DNA from: a virus
IMG/VR virus record: IMGVR_UViG_3300035698_019895
Coordinates: 22,491 to 86,490 of that record
Reading direction: 5' to 3' (one strand)
Length of the DNA stretch: 64,000 nucleotides
The position numbers were made by a program, and so were the translations under genes. The notes under the pieces were generated by a model, which made no database searches, had not been told where the DNA came from, and saw only the letters and a list, made by a program, of their open reading frames with translations. Positions 40,310-51,462 of this stretch are shown one piece after another. The number at the start of each line of letters is the position of its first letter. Within the stretch, counting starts at the first letter, position 1.

Positions 40310-40669
40310 ATGATTATAGAAGGAATTGTTTTAAAAGGTTTGGGGAAAGCTAGTAAAGCAATGGCTCAATGTATAGAAGGATATAAAACTATATTAAATG
40401 AATCTATCTTTCCCGGAACATTTAATATTCAAGTTAAAAAAAATCTTTACTTACTAAGTCCAACTATTAGAAGTAATGGTGGAAAATTTTGGAGAGTTAA
40501 AATAACAAAACCAAAAGCAGTTGCTGTATGGATTTATAAACAAGTTGGTTCAGAAATGCCAGATAATCAATTACAAATATTGTCTCAACATAGATTAAGG
40601 GGTTATCTAGGAATTGGAACGAACGGGACAATACATATAGACATAAATAGAAGGCATGTAAAAAACTAA
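40310..40669 (+). CDS. CTP-dependent (archaeal-type) riboflavin kinase-like protein
   Basis: G.V..GLGKA, FPGTFNI, I.S..RLR..L. Confidence 0.6.
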   Translation: MIIEGIVLKGLGKASKAMAQCIEGYKTILNESIFPGTFNIQVKKNLYLLSPTIRSNGGKFWRVKITKPKAVAVWIYKQVGSEMPDNQLQILSQHRLRGYLGIGTNGTIHIDINRRHVKN

Positions 40670-40835
40670 TGAATAAATTTCATAATCTCGTTTTTATAAG
40701 TAATAAAATAAAATATCAAAATGGTAAAGAGGTTGATAAATTTATAATAGGAGATTATGAACTTGAATTTGCTAAACATGATACTTCTAAATATATAAAT
40801 GTTTTTATTAAATGTAAAAAAATTGGAAAAGAAAA

Positions 40836-41210
40836 ATGAAAGAAATTAAATTTAGAGCTTGGGATAAGAAGAAAAGAAAAGGTAGTAAGTCAGGTATGAG
40901 CAAATCTTTTTCTTTATTAGAAGCATTAGAAATGAATAACACTAACTTTGATGGTTGGAAAGACCAAATCTTCATGCAATATATAGGATTAAATGATAAA
41001 TATGATATTGAAATCTATGACGGAGATATAATTCTTCACAAATGGGAAGGAGATTGTTATGGAGGTAGTTCAGGAGAAATGATATTTGAAGTTAAACAAG
41101 CAGAACAATCTCATTATATAAACTTTGATTGTTTGGCAGCTATATTTCCTTGGCAAATAGAAATAATTGGTAATATATATGAAAACCCAAAACTAATGAG
41201 AAAGATATGA
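40836..41210 (+). CDS. YopX-family protein
   Basis: IKFRAWD, MQY.GL.D....EIY.GDI, IGNIYEN. Confidence 0.9.
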   Translation: MKEIKFRAWDKKKRKGSKSGMSKSFSLLEALEMNNTNFDGWKDQIFMQYIGLNDKYDIEIYDGDIILHKWEGDCYGGSSGEMIFEVKQAEQSHYINFDCLAAIFPWQIEIIGNIYENPKLMRKI

Positions 41211-41617
41211 GAGAAATTAAATTCAGGGTTTGGGATGAAAATAAAATGACATATAACTATATTCACAAAGATGCACCAACTATCTTCTTAAATGCTAAAG
41301 GTATACTTGTGAAATCAGAGAATGTTATCCTCATGCAATATGTAGGTCTAAAGGATAAAAATAATGTTGAAATCTATGAAGGTGATATATTACAATATCC
41401 TAATGAGAATTTGCTTGTTTTAATAAAATTTGGAAAATATGATAATGAAGAATGGTATGAAGATAATATATCAGGTTATGGTTATTATTTAGAAATAGAA
41501 AATAAATCAACAAAAGAAAAAAGCATAGCAGATTTAGCTGATTATAACGAGACATCGAATAACTTACAAATTATAGGAAACATATATGAAAACCCCGAAC
41601 TGTTGGAGAAAAAATGA
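41207..41617 (+). CDS. YopX-family protein
   Basis: IKFRVWD, MQYVGLKDKN..EIYEGDI, IGNIYENPELL. Confidence 0.9.
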   Translation: MREIKFRVWDENKMTYNYIHKDAPTIFLNAKGILVKSENVILMQYVGLKDKNNVEIYEGDILQYPNENLLVLIKFGKYDNEEWYEDNISGYGYYLEIENKSTKEKSIADLADYNETSNNLQIIGNIYENPELLEKK

Positions 41618-41922
41618 AACCAATTAAATTCAGAGCTTGGGATGGTTTGAGAATGACTACAACAGGAATAATGTTTAATAATTCTAAAGGTATTCTTGAA
41701 ACTATAAAAACTTCTATTCTTATGCAATACATAGGTCTAAAGGATAAAAATAATGTTGAAATCTATGAAGGGGATATAGTAAAAGACCATACAAACGGTG
41801 CTATTATAGAAGTGACATTTGACCCAAGACTATTATCTATCCTTACAACCTTTGATAATGTGCGTGAAGTAATAGGAAATATACACGAAAATTCAAAATT
41901 ATTAGAGGACACAAATGAGTAA
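41614..41922 (+). CDS. YopX-family protein
   Basis: [32 protein letters not shown]. Confidence 0.9.
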   Translation: MKPIKFRAWDGLRMTTTGIMFNNSKGILETIKTSILMQYIGLKDKNNVEIYEGDIVKDHTNGAIIEVTFDPRLLSILTTFDNVREVIGNIHENSKLLEDTNE

Positions 41923-42970
41923 AACTGCATTAATCACCGGAATTACCGGACAAGACGGTTCTTATTTAGCCGAAATTCTTCTCGCTAAAGGTTATACTGT
42001 TCATGGAGTTATTCGCAGAGCAAGTACAGTAAATACCGAAAGAATAGATAATCTTTTTGACCCCAAAAGTTACCAACATATTCACTATGGAGATTTAGCT
42101 GATGGTTTAGATGATTTATTATATGAGATACAACCAGATGAAATATATAATTTAGGCAGTATGAGCCATGTTAGAATTAGCTTTAATATTCCAGTTTATA
42201 CTGCTAGAGTAACTGGTGTAGCTGTTCTAAGAATATTAGAAGGAATCAGAAAATTAGGTCTACAGAAAAAAACAAAATTCTATCAAGCATCTTCTTCAGA
42301 AATGTTTGGAATCACTAAACCTCCCCAAAATGAAGGCTCACCTTTCTTACCAGTAAGTCCATACGGTTGTGCTAAATTATTTGGATATCATATTACTCGT
42401 ACATATAGATTAGGTTATGGAATGTTCGCAGCCAACGGAATTTTATTCAATCATGAGAGCCCCAGAAGAGGAGTTAATTTTGTTACTAGAAAAGTAACTA
42501 GGGCTGCTGTTAGAATTAAATTAGGAATCCAAGATAAGCTTAAACTAGGTAATCTAGATGCCCTAAGAGATTGGGGATATGCTAAAGATTATATGGAAGC
42601 AGTACATCTAATACTACAACAAGATGAACCAGATGATTGGGTAGTAGCGACTTGTGAATATTATAGTGTAAAAGCATTTGTAGAAAAAGTGTTCCAATAT
42701 TTAAATTTAGACCCTTGGAAATATATAGAAATAGATGATAAATATAAAAGACCGAATGAAGTTCCAGCTTTATTAGGAGATAGTACAAAAATAAGAACTA
42801 AATTAGGATGGAAACCAAAAGTAGATTTTGACCAACTTGTTAAAATGATGGTTGATGAAGATATGAAATTAGCTCGAAAAGAATTGAATGAAACTATGTA
42901 TCCTCCTACAGTTCCAAGTAAAGAAGATTCAGGTGAAGGAGAAAATAAACAAAATAAGGAAGTGAACTGA
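41915..42970 (+). CDS. gmd: GDP-mannose 4,6-dehydratase
   Basis: [53 protein letters not shown]. Confidence 0.96.
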   Translation: MSKTALITGITGQDGSYLAEILLAKGYTVHGVIRRASTVNTERIDNLFDPKSYQHIHYGDLADGLDDLLYEIQPDEIYNLGSMSHVRISFNIPVYTARVTGVAVLRILEGIRKLGLQKKTKFYQASSSEMFGITKPPQNEGSPFLPVSPYGCAKLFGYHITRTYRLGYGMFAANGILFNHESPRRGVNFVTRKVTRAAVRIKLGIQDKLKLGNLDALRDWGYAKDYMEAVHLILQQDEPDDWVVATCEYYSVKAFVEKVFQYLNLDPWKYIEIDDKYKRPNEVPALLGDSTKIRTKLGWKPKVDFDQLVKMMVDEDMKLARKELNETMYPPTVPSKEDSGEGENKQNKEVN

Positions 42971-42971
42971 T

Positions 42972-43181
42972 ATGTTAAAAATTGATTATGAAATATGTTG
43001 TTGGAAAAATGGAAAATGTGAAAGTAATTGTTGTGGAGATAATAGTAAATACGATGGTTGTGTTGAAGTTTGTCCAACTAAAGCATTAGAACGAAAAGAT
43101 AAAGTAATATTTTACGAGGATAAGTGTATTGAATGTGGGGCTTGTGTTGAAGCATGTAAGTATAAGGCAATTACATTATAA
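42972..43181 (+). CDS. 4Fe-4S dicluster ferredoxin
   Basis: CVEVCP and CIECGACVEAC motifs. Confidence 0.85.
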   Translation: MLKIDYEICCWKNGKCESNCCGDNSKYDGCVEVCPTKALERKDKVIFYEDKCIECGACVEACKYKAITL

Positions 43182-43751
43182 AGGAAGTAATGACAACCGC
43201 AAAACAAGCTTTAAAAGAAGGATATAAATGGTTTTGTATGGGATGTTATACTGCGTATAAAGTCAAACCTACAACAAAAATGCAAGGTCAAGGTTGTGAA
43301 TATGATTATGAAATGTGTCGTTGTACTTGTGATTTGTTTATGTCATTTGAAGAACATATAAAGATGAGAAAAGAGAAAAAACAAAAACCCCAGAAAAAAA
43401 ATGAAACAAGCATCTGGGAAAACTGGAAGAAAAAGAAATGAGAAAAATAGATATAGAAAGAAGCAGAGATTATTATAAAAAGACTTTACATATTGCTCTT
43501 ATGACTATGGCACAAATGGCTAAAGTATTTGAAAAAACTGAAACATATTATAGAGACAGAATAAAAGAACTAGAGAAAAAAAGAAAGGGATAAAACAATA
43601 CTTATGACTTGTGAATTTTGTAAAGAAGAAATAAAGTATAATGAATCTCCTACTGAAATGAATAAAAAAAGCTATCATAATATGTGCTATTCATTTATGA
43701 TGTGGGTTAAAAGACATAAAGATAAAGTTAAAAAATTAATAGAGGAGTAAT

Positions 43752-44213
43752 ATGACAAAAAAAGAATGTAAAGCACAAACTCAAAAACATATAAATAATG
43801 TAAGATTGTTTATGCTTCAATGTATTCAAGAAATAGCAAGTAAAGCAGATATCCATGATTCATCCAAATTATCTTCTCCAGAACTTGAAACATTTGTAAA
43901 ATATACTCCAAAGTTAGCAAATTCTGTTTATGGTTCAAAACAATATTATAAATTTTTAACAGCAATGAAGCCAGCTCTTGACCATCACTATAGTGTAAGC
44001 CGTCATCATCCAGAACATTTTCGTAAAGGTCTTAAAGGAATGAACTTATTAGATTTAGTTGAAATGCTATGTGATTGGAAAGCAGCATCAAAAAGACATA
44101 AAACAGGTAATTTTAGAAAGAGCATTATACAAAATCAAAAAAGATTTAAATATTCCAATGAATTAAAACAAATATTTCTAAACACTATAGATGTACTAGA
44201 GGAAAAGAAATGA
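43752..44213 (+). CDS. DUF5662-like HD-related protein
   Basis: H...V, HD.SK, HHY...RHHPEHF, EM.CDW.AA. Confidence 0.75.
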   Translation: MTKKECKAQTQKHINNVRLFMLQCIQEIASKADIHDSSKLSSPELETFVKYTPKLANSVYGSKQYYKFLTAMKPALDHHYSVSRHHPEHFRKGLKGMNLLDLVEMLCDWKAASKRHKTGNFRKSIIQNQKRFKYSNELKQIFLNTIDVLEEKK

Positions 44214-44385
44214 AGAAAAAAAAGAAGAGAATTCCAGTAACTAAAAGACAATTAGATTGGGTTACTGAATATGTAATGATTGGTACTGCTGATATGTTTA
44301 CAGATTGGTGGACAGAAAAGGGTAAGAAAATATTTCTTAAATGGGCAATAAAAAGAAAAGCAGATTTTTAAATAAGGAGGATTGT

Positions 44386-45375
44386 ATGGTAAAAATTAGA
44401 AAAGGAAGTAAAATTAAGTTGAAAGAAACAAAGAAGGAAGTAAGAAAGCCATTTGTAAATTTTATTAATGATTTAGAAATAGCAGAATCTATTTCATATA
44501 AGAAATTACATTTGTTTCCTGTATTTAGACAGACTTTGAAAGATATTAAATTAAAAACATTAGCAGAAGCATTAAAAGAAGATATTATTGAAGTTAAAGA
44601 AACAGGAACAGTATCAGAATTAGAAATAGTTAATAAATCAAAAGATACTAAAGTATTAATTATGGAAGGTGATATTGTAAAAGGTGGAGCCCAAAACAGA
44701 GTTATAAATGTTTCTATGATTTTAGATGAAGACTCAACTGTAAAAGTTCCAACAACTTGTGTTCAAAAAAATAGATGGGATAATTTCGACGCTCCTTTTA
44801 AGGGATATAAATATTCATCTCCCAGTTTCGGACTTAATCTACATGAATCTGTAAGTAAGAATATGTTATGCTCACGAGGTACATCTGCTTATGCTGCTAA
44901 TCAAAGTAAGATATGGGAAGATGTTGAGTGTCATTTATCGGAAGGTGGAGTTGAAGATGCTTCTAAAAATTTTACGAAGCTTTATGATGAAAAGAAAGAT
45001 GATATTAAAGAATATGAAAAAGCATTTAAAGAAAAATTTCCACTTAAAGATAAATCACTAGTCGGTGTAGTTATTGTAATAGGTAATATGTGTAAAGTAG
45101 ATAATTGTGTAGATAATGATGTATTTTTAGCTCATTGTGAAGGACTATTAGAAGGATGTTTTCTAGATGCAGTTAATAACAAAGATGATGTGAGTGCAAT
45201 GTCAGTAAAAGATGTTAGTGATTTTATTGATGGATTAATTAAATGTGAGATTACTGAATTTAAAACTCCAAATAAAAACGCTGAAAATTTAGTTATTAAA
45301 GGTGATAAAGTTAAAGGAAATGTTTTGATATATAATGAGGAAGTAATTCATTTAACAGCATTTTTGGAAAGATAA
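44386..45375 (+). CDS. ARPP-1 / DUF6569-family protein
   Basis: V.E.G.V..L...N, G....GG.QNR, CV...RW, Q..IW; ATG 44386 has AGGAGG RBS. Confidence 0.75.
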   Translation: MVKIRKGSKIKLKETKKEVRKPFVNFINDLEIAESISYKKLHLFPVFRQTLKDIKLKTLAEALKEDIIEVKETGTVSELEIVNKSKDTKVLIMEGDIVKGGAQNRVINVSMILDEDSTVKVPTTCVQKNRWDNFDAPFKGYKYSSPSFGLNLHESVSKNMLCSRGTSAYAANQSKIWEDVECHLSEGGVEDASKNFTKLYDEKKDDIKEYEKAFKEKFPLKDKSLVGVVIVIGNMCKVDNCVDNDVFLAHCEGLLEGCFLDAVNNKDDVSAMSVKDVSDFIDGLIKCEITEFKTPNKNAENLVIKGDKVKGNVLIYNEEVIHLTAFLER

Positions 45376-45766
45376 AAATATGGAAATAATTATTTTATGT
45401 CTTTCAGTATCTTTAATATGTATACTTGTTGCTTTTTATTTTTTAAATGAAGCTTTAATACAATATAGAAAAAAGATACAAGAGTTAGAAAAAAGATTAA
45501 ATATGTGGAATATGAGAGGAGATAGTTGTTAATGAAAGCATGGTATAGATGTTGTAAAAGCTCATGCTGGGAAGCTATTATATTTTTACAAGGATGTACA
45601 TATATTAGTAGATGTATTTGCGGAACTTGGGTTATTAGAAATAGATTAGAAGAAGATACTCTTATAGATAGAATAGAACAAACAAATATTAATTTAGAGA
45701 AAGTGAATAAAAATTTAGAAGATATGAAAAATAATTTATAGGTTCAGACTAAAAGGAGAATAAATT

Positions 45767-46195
45767 ATGGCAGAAATAATACACGAAGGACAAGTATATG
45801 CTATTCATGATACTATCAATAGTATAGAACCTAGATTTCCTATGGTATCTGAAAATCAAGAAGGCAGTAAATGGTATGGAGAAGATAGAGAAGCAATGCA
45901 AGCTTCTAGAATGTGTTATAATAAACATAAAATATTTAGAGCACATACTCATATTCTTAGACCTAGATTAAATAATTACACTCAAGAATGTTTTATAATT
46001 CATAAAGGAGTTATTAAATTAGATATTTATTCGCAAGATAAAGAACTTTTAGCTAATATAGTGGCTAGAGAAGGAGATATAGTAATATTGTATCGAGGCT
46101 ATCATGCAGTAGAAGTTTTAGAAGATGATAGCATATTCTACGAAATAAAAAATGGACCGTTTACTACTGTAGATGAGGATAAAACTTATTTATAA
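45767..46195 (+). CDS. WbuC-like cupin
   Basis: H.H, TQE, GD......G.H, EIK.GP. Confidence 0.7.
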   Translation: MAEIIHEGQVYAIHDTINSIEPRFPMVSENQEGSKWYGEDREAMQASRMCYNKHKIFRAHTHILRPRLNNYTQECFIIHKGVIKLDIYSQDKELLANIVAREGDIVILYRGYHAVEVLEDDSIFYEIKNGPFTTVDEDKTYL

Positions 46196-46809
46196 TGAAT
46201 TATAATAAGTTTAACAAATATTTTTCGAGAAAAAAAATAGAAGATTTAATAAATAAATATCTTGATAAAAATCCAGATAAAGAAACAGGTACTTATGTAG
46301 ATATAGGTGCTAATCACGCATTTAAAAATAGTAACACTTTCTATTATTATGTTAGAGGTTGGAGAGGATTATTAGTAGAACCTTACGCTAGATATAAACA
46401 AATTAGTAACAAAATCAGACCTCAAGATATATTTGTATCTAAAGCTATAATGGATTATGATGGAAAAATAGAAATGGATTATAATGTAATTGCTTCAAAA
46501 AAAATTAGAAAAGCAACACAGAAAAAATATAAACATGATAAGTATATAGCAGATTGTATAACTATGAATACATTGATAAAAACTTATCCAACATTTTCTA
46601 AACCAGATTTTGTAAGTATAGATATAGAAGGTAGTGAGAAAAGAGCTTTATCGAAATGCAACTTTAATATTTTCAAACCAAAGCTTATTTGTATAGAATA
46701 TAAAACTAAGAAATATAATTTTAGAAAAGATTGGGAACATTTTCTTTTACCATATTATGAATTAAAAGATACTTTAACAGTAGACGCAATTTATTTAAGA
46801 AGGAAATAA
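46195..46809 (+). CDS. FkbM-family methyltransferase
   Basis: YVDIGA, S.T...Y..GW.G.LVEP, IDIEG.E. Confidence 0.85.
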   Translation: MNYNKFNKYFSRKKIEDLINKYLDKNPDKETGTYVDIGANHAFKNSNTFYYYVRGWRGLLVEPYARYKQISNKIRPQDIFVSKAIMDYDGKIEMDYNVIASKKIRKATQKKYKHDKYIADCITMNTLIKTYPTFSKPDFVSIDIEGSEKRALSKCNFNIFKPKLICIEYKTKKYNFRKDWEHFLLPYYELKDTLTVDAIYLRRK

Positions 46810-46811
46810 AA

Positions 46812-47453
46812 ATGAACGAATCAACAACTATAAAAGGAAAAAAATATTTTGCTCAAAACGAAGAAGAAAAAATTATTAATAAATATCTTGATAAAGACCC
46901 TAATGATTCAATTAAGGGTACTTACATAGATATAGGAGCAGGAGACCCAGTAATGATTAACAGTACTTATTATTATTACTGGAGAGGATGGAATGGTATA
47001 TTAATAGAACCCCATCCAAGATATGCAAAAAGAATTAAAGAAATGAGACCTAGAGATATTTTTCTACCAATAGCTATTCATAATTATGATGGCGAAGTTG
47101 AAATGTATGACACAGCTACTATTGGAAGTTATATAGGAGACGATTATAAATCTAGACTTCAAAAAAAGAAAGATTTATTTATTGTTCAATGTATGACTAT
47201 AAATTCTCTAATAAAAAAATATCCAGATTTCAGTGAACCTGATTTTTGTAATATAGATATAGAAAGTAATGAAGACAAAGCATTAGAAAAATGTGATTTT
47301 ACTATTTTTAAACCCAAAGTGATTTGTATTGAAGACTTTGGTACTTATAGAGGTATTAAGGATGAAAGATTCAAATGGAAACATTATTTAACTCCTTTTT
47401 ATGATTTAAAAGAAATGGTAATTAATAATCTATTTTATGTAAGGAAAAAATAA
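46812..47453 (+). CDS. FkbM-family methyltransferase (tandem paralog)
   Basis: YIDIGA, GWNGILIEP, IDIES.E. Confidence 0.85.
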   Translation: MNESTTIKGKKYFAQNEEEKIINKYLDKDPNDSIKGTYIDIGAGDPVMINSTYYYYWRGWNGILIEPHPRYAKRIKEMRPRDIFLPIAIHNYDGEVEMYDTATIGSYIGDDYKSRLQKKKDLFIVQCMTINSLIKKYPDFSEPDFCNIDIESNEDKALEKCDFTIFKPKVICIEDFGTYRGIKDERFKWKHYLTPFYDLKEMVINNLFYVRKK

Positions 47454-48119
47454 ATGCGAAGTGACCCTCATTTTTATTGGATGCCGAGAAGTGGTGGAAC
47501 ATTTATATGGCAAGTGTTAATTAGACTTTTCCCACTTGAAAGTAAAATGCATGAATTTAAAAAAACTTCTGCTCCTATTATAATGAGTTATAGAGACCCC
47601 AGAGATATGACAGCTTCTTATTTAAGAATTATGTTTGGAAAATTTGATGAAAATAGAAATTTAATTTATATACCTCCAACTCAACAACAAATTAAGTTAA
47701 TGGCAGAAGGAGTGCAAAATCAATATAAAGTTTTTAATAAATATAAAAAATTCTATAAAAATAAAAAAAATATATTGTGGTTAAAATATGAAGATTACAT
47801 AAATGATATTAATATTCTTTTTGATAAAATAGAAAAATTTATGGATATGAAAGTTCCACCAGAAAGAAGAGAAGAAATTAAAAGAGAAACTAGTATACCA
47901 ATTAACAAAGCTATCGCTAACAAAGTTACTCATTGGAGAGATGATGCAAAATGTGAATTTGACCACTTTGATAAAAGTAGTAGAATACATATACATCATA
48001 TTTATGATGGAGAATATAAAGGATGGAAGAACTATATTCCTGAGCAATATCATAATTATTTAAATAAATTGTTAAAAGAAGAAATAAAGGAGTGGGAATA
48101 CAAATATGAGAGAACCTGA
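47454..48119 (+). CDS. Sulfotransferase-like protein
   Basis: 5'-PSB PRSGGT, 3'-PB RDPRD...S, LKYED. Confidence 0.8.
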   Translation: MRSDPHFYWMPRSGGTFIWQVLIRLFPLESKMHEFKKTSAPIIMSYRDPRDMTASYLRIMFGKFDENRNLIYIPPTQQQIKLMAEGVQNQYKVFNKYKKFYKNKKNILWLKYEDYINDINILFDKIEKFMDMKVPPERREEIKRETSIPINKAIANKVTHWRDDAKCEFDHFDKSSRIHIHHIYDGEYKGWKNYIPEQYHNYLNKLLKEEIKEWEYKYERT

Positions 48120-48768
48120 ACCATATTTTTACTGGACACCAAGAAGTGGTGGAACGTTTGTATGGCAAGTGTTACATAGACTAATAGTAGTATATGAGAC
48201 AAGTCATAGTTTTATAGAAACAACAAGGCCTATAATAATTAATTATAGAGACCCTAGAGATATATTAACATCTTATTTAAGAATTCATTTTGGAAAATTT
48301 GATGAAAATAAAAACTTAATTTACATTCCTCCAACAAAAGAACAAATAGATATTAAAATATTTAGAGTTCAATTAGAGTTTAAAACTCTTAATGAATATA
48401 AAAGGTTTTATGAAAATAGAAAAGATATATTATATCTTAAATATGAAGATTATATAAGTGATATTAATATTCTTATTGATAAAATAGAAAATTTTATGAT
48501 GCTTCCAAAAGTTCCACTGGAAAGAAGAGCAGAAATTAAAAGAGAAACTTCTATTCCTGTCAATAAATCTATTGCTAATAAAGTTAAACGTTGGAGGACT
48601 GATATAAAATGTGAATTTGATAATTATGAACCAGTTACTAGAATACATATGCATCATATCTATGATGGACAATATAAGGGGTGGAAAAATTATATTCCAA
48701 AACAATATCATAATTATATAAATGAAGAATTGAAACAAGAAATAAAAAATTGGGGATATGAAATATGA
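48106..48768 (+). CDS. Sulfotransferase-like protein (tandem paralog)
   Basis: PRSGGT, RDPRD...S, LKYED; colinear with upstream gene. Confidence 0.8.
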   Translation: MREPEPYFYWTPRSGGTFVWQVLHRLIVVYETSHSFIETTRPIIINYRDPRDILTSYLRIHFGKFDENKNLIYIPPTKEQIDIKIFRVQLEFKTLNEYKRFYENRKDILYLKYEDYISDINILIDKIENFMMLPKVPLERRAEIKRETSIPVNKSIANKVKRWRTDIKCEFDNYEPVTRIHMHHIYDGQYKGWKNYIPKQYHNYINEELKQEIKNWGYEI

Positions 48769-49544
48769 CAATTGATATATTAAAACATCTATCTTTCTAT
48801 AAAAATCTTGAAAAATATAACGAAGTAATACGAAAAGTAAGTAAAAAATATACTTTTACTCGAAGCCCGAACCCATCAAAAGGAGAAGCTACAACATGGT
48901 TTGACCCAGATAGGTATAGACTAGCACCTTTATCTAGAACATATCCTGATATATCTGTTATTCAATACAAAGAAGAATATAGTTTAATATTTTATCTTCC
49001 TAATTATGTTCCTTTATTTCTAATAAATATTTTATATCAAGATAGAAAAGATATATTAATAGAAGATTTTGGAGCTGGAGTTGGCAGATTATTTTTCTTT
49101 TTATCTAAATTAGGATTTACTAACTTTCATAATATAGATAATTTTAGCATGGTACCTAAAACATTTTTTGAAGAAATGATGGAAGCGGGAAATATAAAAT
49201 ATCATCTAAATGATTTATCATTGCAACCCGTAGTTGTTCATAATGCAAGTAGTCCTTTTTATTATATTACACATGGATTAGATAAACAACATATTTTTTC
49301 ATCAGCTTCAATACTTATTCCTAATACTTATATAACTGCAAAACAAATAGAAGAAAGAACTTTAACAAAATTAGAATTAATTTGTTTTTACACTAATAGA
49401 GAATGGGAAAAATTAGCTTATAAAATTTTAGAACCTCAAGGATATAAATTTCTTTGTAGAGATGGAGACGATATGGGAGTTGCATGGTGTAGAGAAGATA
49501 AATATGATGAATTTAAAGAGAAACTGAGACCTTATGAACAATAA
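48765..49544 (+). CDS. Putative SAM-dependent methyltransferase, paralog 1 of 3
   Basis: IEDFGAGVG motif I-like; shares WF.P, PNY, LSK and C.E.KY.EF blocks with 55338 and 56992. Confidence 0.6.
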   Translation: MTIDILKHLSFYKNLEKYNEVIRKVSKKYTFTRSPNPSKGEATTWFDPDRYRLAPLSRTYPDISVIQYKEEYSLIFYLPNYVPLFLINILYQDRKDILIEDFGAGVGRLFFFLSKLGFTNFHNIDNFSMVPKTFFEEMMEAGNIKYHLNDLSLQPVVVHNASSPFYYITHGLDKQHIFSSASILIPNTYITAKQIEERTLTKLELICFYTNREWEKLAYKILEPQGYKFLCRDGDDMGVAWCREDKYDEFKEKLRPYEQ

Positions 49545-50640
49545 TTTTACACCTCAATATAAACCTATATTTACTAAAAAAGACCTTATTACGAGATTAT
49601 CTGACTATATCGAGAAAGATGGATGGATGACAGAGTTTATGGAAACTAAGAAATTTGAACAACAAATAGCAGATTTCTTAGGAGTTAAACATTGTATAGT
49701 AGTTAACAATGGAACTATATCATTAAGTTTAGCATTATTAGCTAATGGAATAAAAGCAGGCGATAAGATACTTGTTCCTTCTTTGTCAATGATAGCTACA
49801 GCAAATGCAGTAAGACTTATCGGAGCTGAACCAATATTTATTGATGTTGATTCCAAAACTCTTTGTATGGATTTAGAACAAGCTTATAGTATAATTCATA
49901 ATGATGAATATATAAAAGGAATCATATATGTTTCTTTGAACGGAAGAAGAAGAGTAGTCTATGAATTAGACATATTAATTAAAGAATGTGAAAAACAAAA
50001 CGTAGTATTCATAGAAGATGATGCACAAGCTTTTGGCTCTCAAGACAGTAAAAATGTAATGATAGGCAATACAGAACATATTTGTAGCTTTTCATTTTCT
50101 ATGCCAAAGATAATCACTACAGGACAAGGAGGATGTTTAACAACTAACAATGATGAATTAGCTCAAAAATTACGTTATCTAAAAGACCATGGAAGAAGTA
50201 GTGGAGGAAACGATATCCATAACTACTTTGGAGTTAATTCTAAGTTCACTGATTTACAAGCCATTGTAGGTTTAGAACAGATGAAAGAGATAAAAAACAG
50301 AGTTACTAAGAAAAAATGGATGTATCATTTATATTATAGTCAACTTAAAGATATTGTAGAGTTTATACCTACTAATATTAGATTTACTATTCCTTGGTTT
50401 ACTGATATTTATACAGACAAAAGAGAAGAGTTGGCAAAATATTTAAAAGATAGAAATATAGGAACTAGAAATATATATTCTCCAATGTATAGCCAAAAAT
50501 GTTATAATTTAGAGTTAAAACATCCAGTTACAGAAAAATATACAAGCAGAGGTTTATGGTTACCTTGTTCTTTAGATTTAAGAGAACCACAAATACTTAA
50601 CATATGTAAAAAAATAGAGGAGTTTTATGAAAATAATTGA
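49534..50640 (+). CDS. DegT/DnrJ/EryC1/StrS PLP-dependent sugar aminotransferase
   Basis: NNGT..L, ATANA, EDDAQAFG, FSF...K..TTGQGG, LWLP. Confidence 0.92.
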   Translation: MNNNFTPQYKPIFTKKDLITRLSDYIEKDGWMTEFMETKKFEQQIADFLGVKHCIVVNNGTISLSLALLANGIKAGDKILVPSLSMIATANAVRLIGAEPIFIDVDSKTLCMDLEQAYSIIHNDEYIKGIIYVSLNGRRRVVYELDILIKECEKQNVVFIEDDAQAFGSQDSKNVMIGNTEHICSFSFSMPKIITTGQGGCLTTNNDELAQKLRYLKDHGRSSGGNDIHNYFGVNSKFTDLQAIVGLEQMKEIKNRVTKKKWMYHLYYSQLKDIVEFIPTNIRFTIPWFTDIYTDKREELAKYLKDRNIGTRNIYSPMYSQKCYNLELKHPVTEKYTSRGLWLPCSLDLREPQILNICKKIEEFYENN

Positions 50641-50865
50641 ACATGCTAATCAAAATTTTCAAAGAATAATGGCATCTTTAAGTTTTGATAACCATTCATT
50701 AGGAGGACGTTATAAAAAAGGAGATAAAGCCGGAATTATTATAGGACATTGGCACGAAGATGGTAATACTTTTGAAATAATTTGTCCAGAACAATTACGA
50801 GATAGTTTAATAGAGTTACTAAATAATATACATTTGTTAGAATTTAGAAATGGAGAGAATCAAGA

Positions 50866-51462
50866 ATGATAGTACCTTTAAAAAGTCCTTATCACTTACC
50901 TTGGGAAAGAGGAACACGAGAAAAAGGTGAGAATATGGATTTAGGAGCTATGACTAGTAATATGTTAGTTTTTAAAGAAGTTATGGATAGACAAGGTATT
51001 CCTTTTATATTAATTTTTGGTACTTTGTTAGGAGCTATTAGAGAGAAAGGATTTATTGTTTATGATTCTGATGCAGATGTAGCTTGTTATGCTCAAGACC
51101 ATAAAAAAATTGGTAAAGTAATTAAAATTTTAGAATCGAAAGGTTTCTATATTCCAGATAAAAACGAATGTCCTTTACATGACCATTTCTTTGCTAGAAA
51201 AGGAGAAAGAATTGATATATGGTGGTTTGATGAAATAGATAATGATTGGATATATGATAAATATATAAGATATAATAAAAAATATTTCGATAATCCAATA
51301 TCTATAGAATTTTTGGGACAATCTTTTCTTGTTCCCAATGAGCCAGAAAAATTTCTTGAACTAACTTATGGAGATTGGAAAACTCCTAAACATATAAATG
51401 ACGAAAAAAGTAGTTATATCATAGACAGAACACAGCCGGACGGAAAACATAAACCAGGATAA
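50866..51462 (+). CDS. LicD-family phosphotransferase
   Basis: GTLLGA.RE.GFI..D.D.D, P......L...YGDW.TP. Confidence 0.85.
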   Translation: MIVPLKSPYHLPWERGTREKGENMDLGAMTSNMLVFKEVMDRQGIPFILIFGTLLGAIREKGFIVYDSDADVACYAQDHKKIGKVIKILESKGFYIPDKNECPLHDHFFARKGERIDIWWFDEIDNDWIYDKYIRYNKKYFDNPISIEFLGQSFLVPNEPEKFLELTYGDWKTPKHINDEKSSYIIDRTQPDGKHKPG

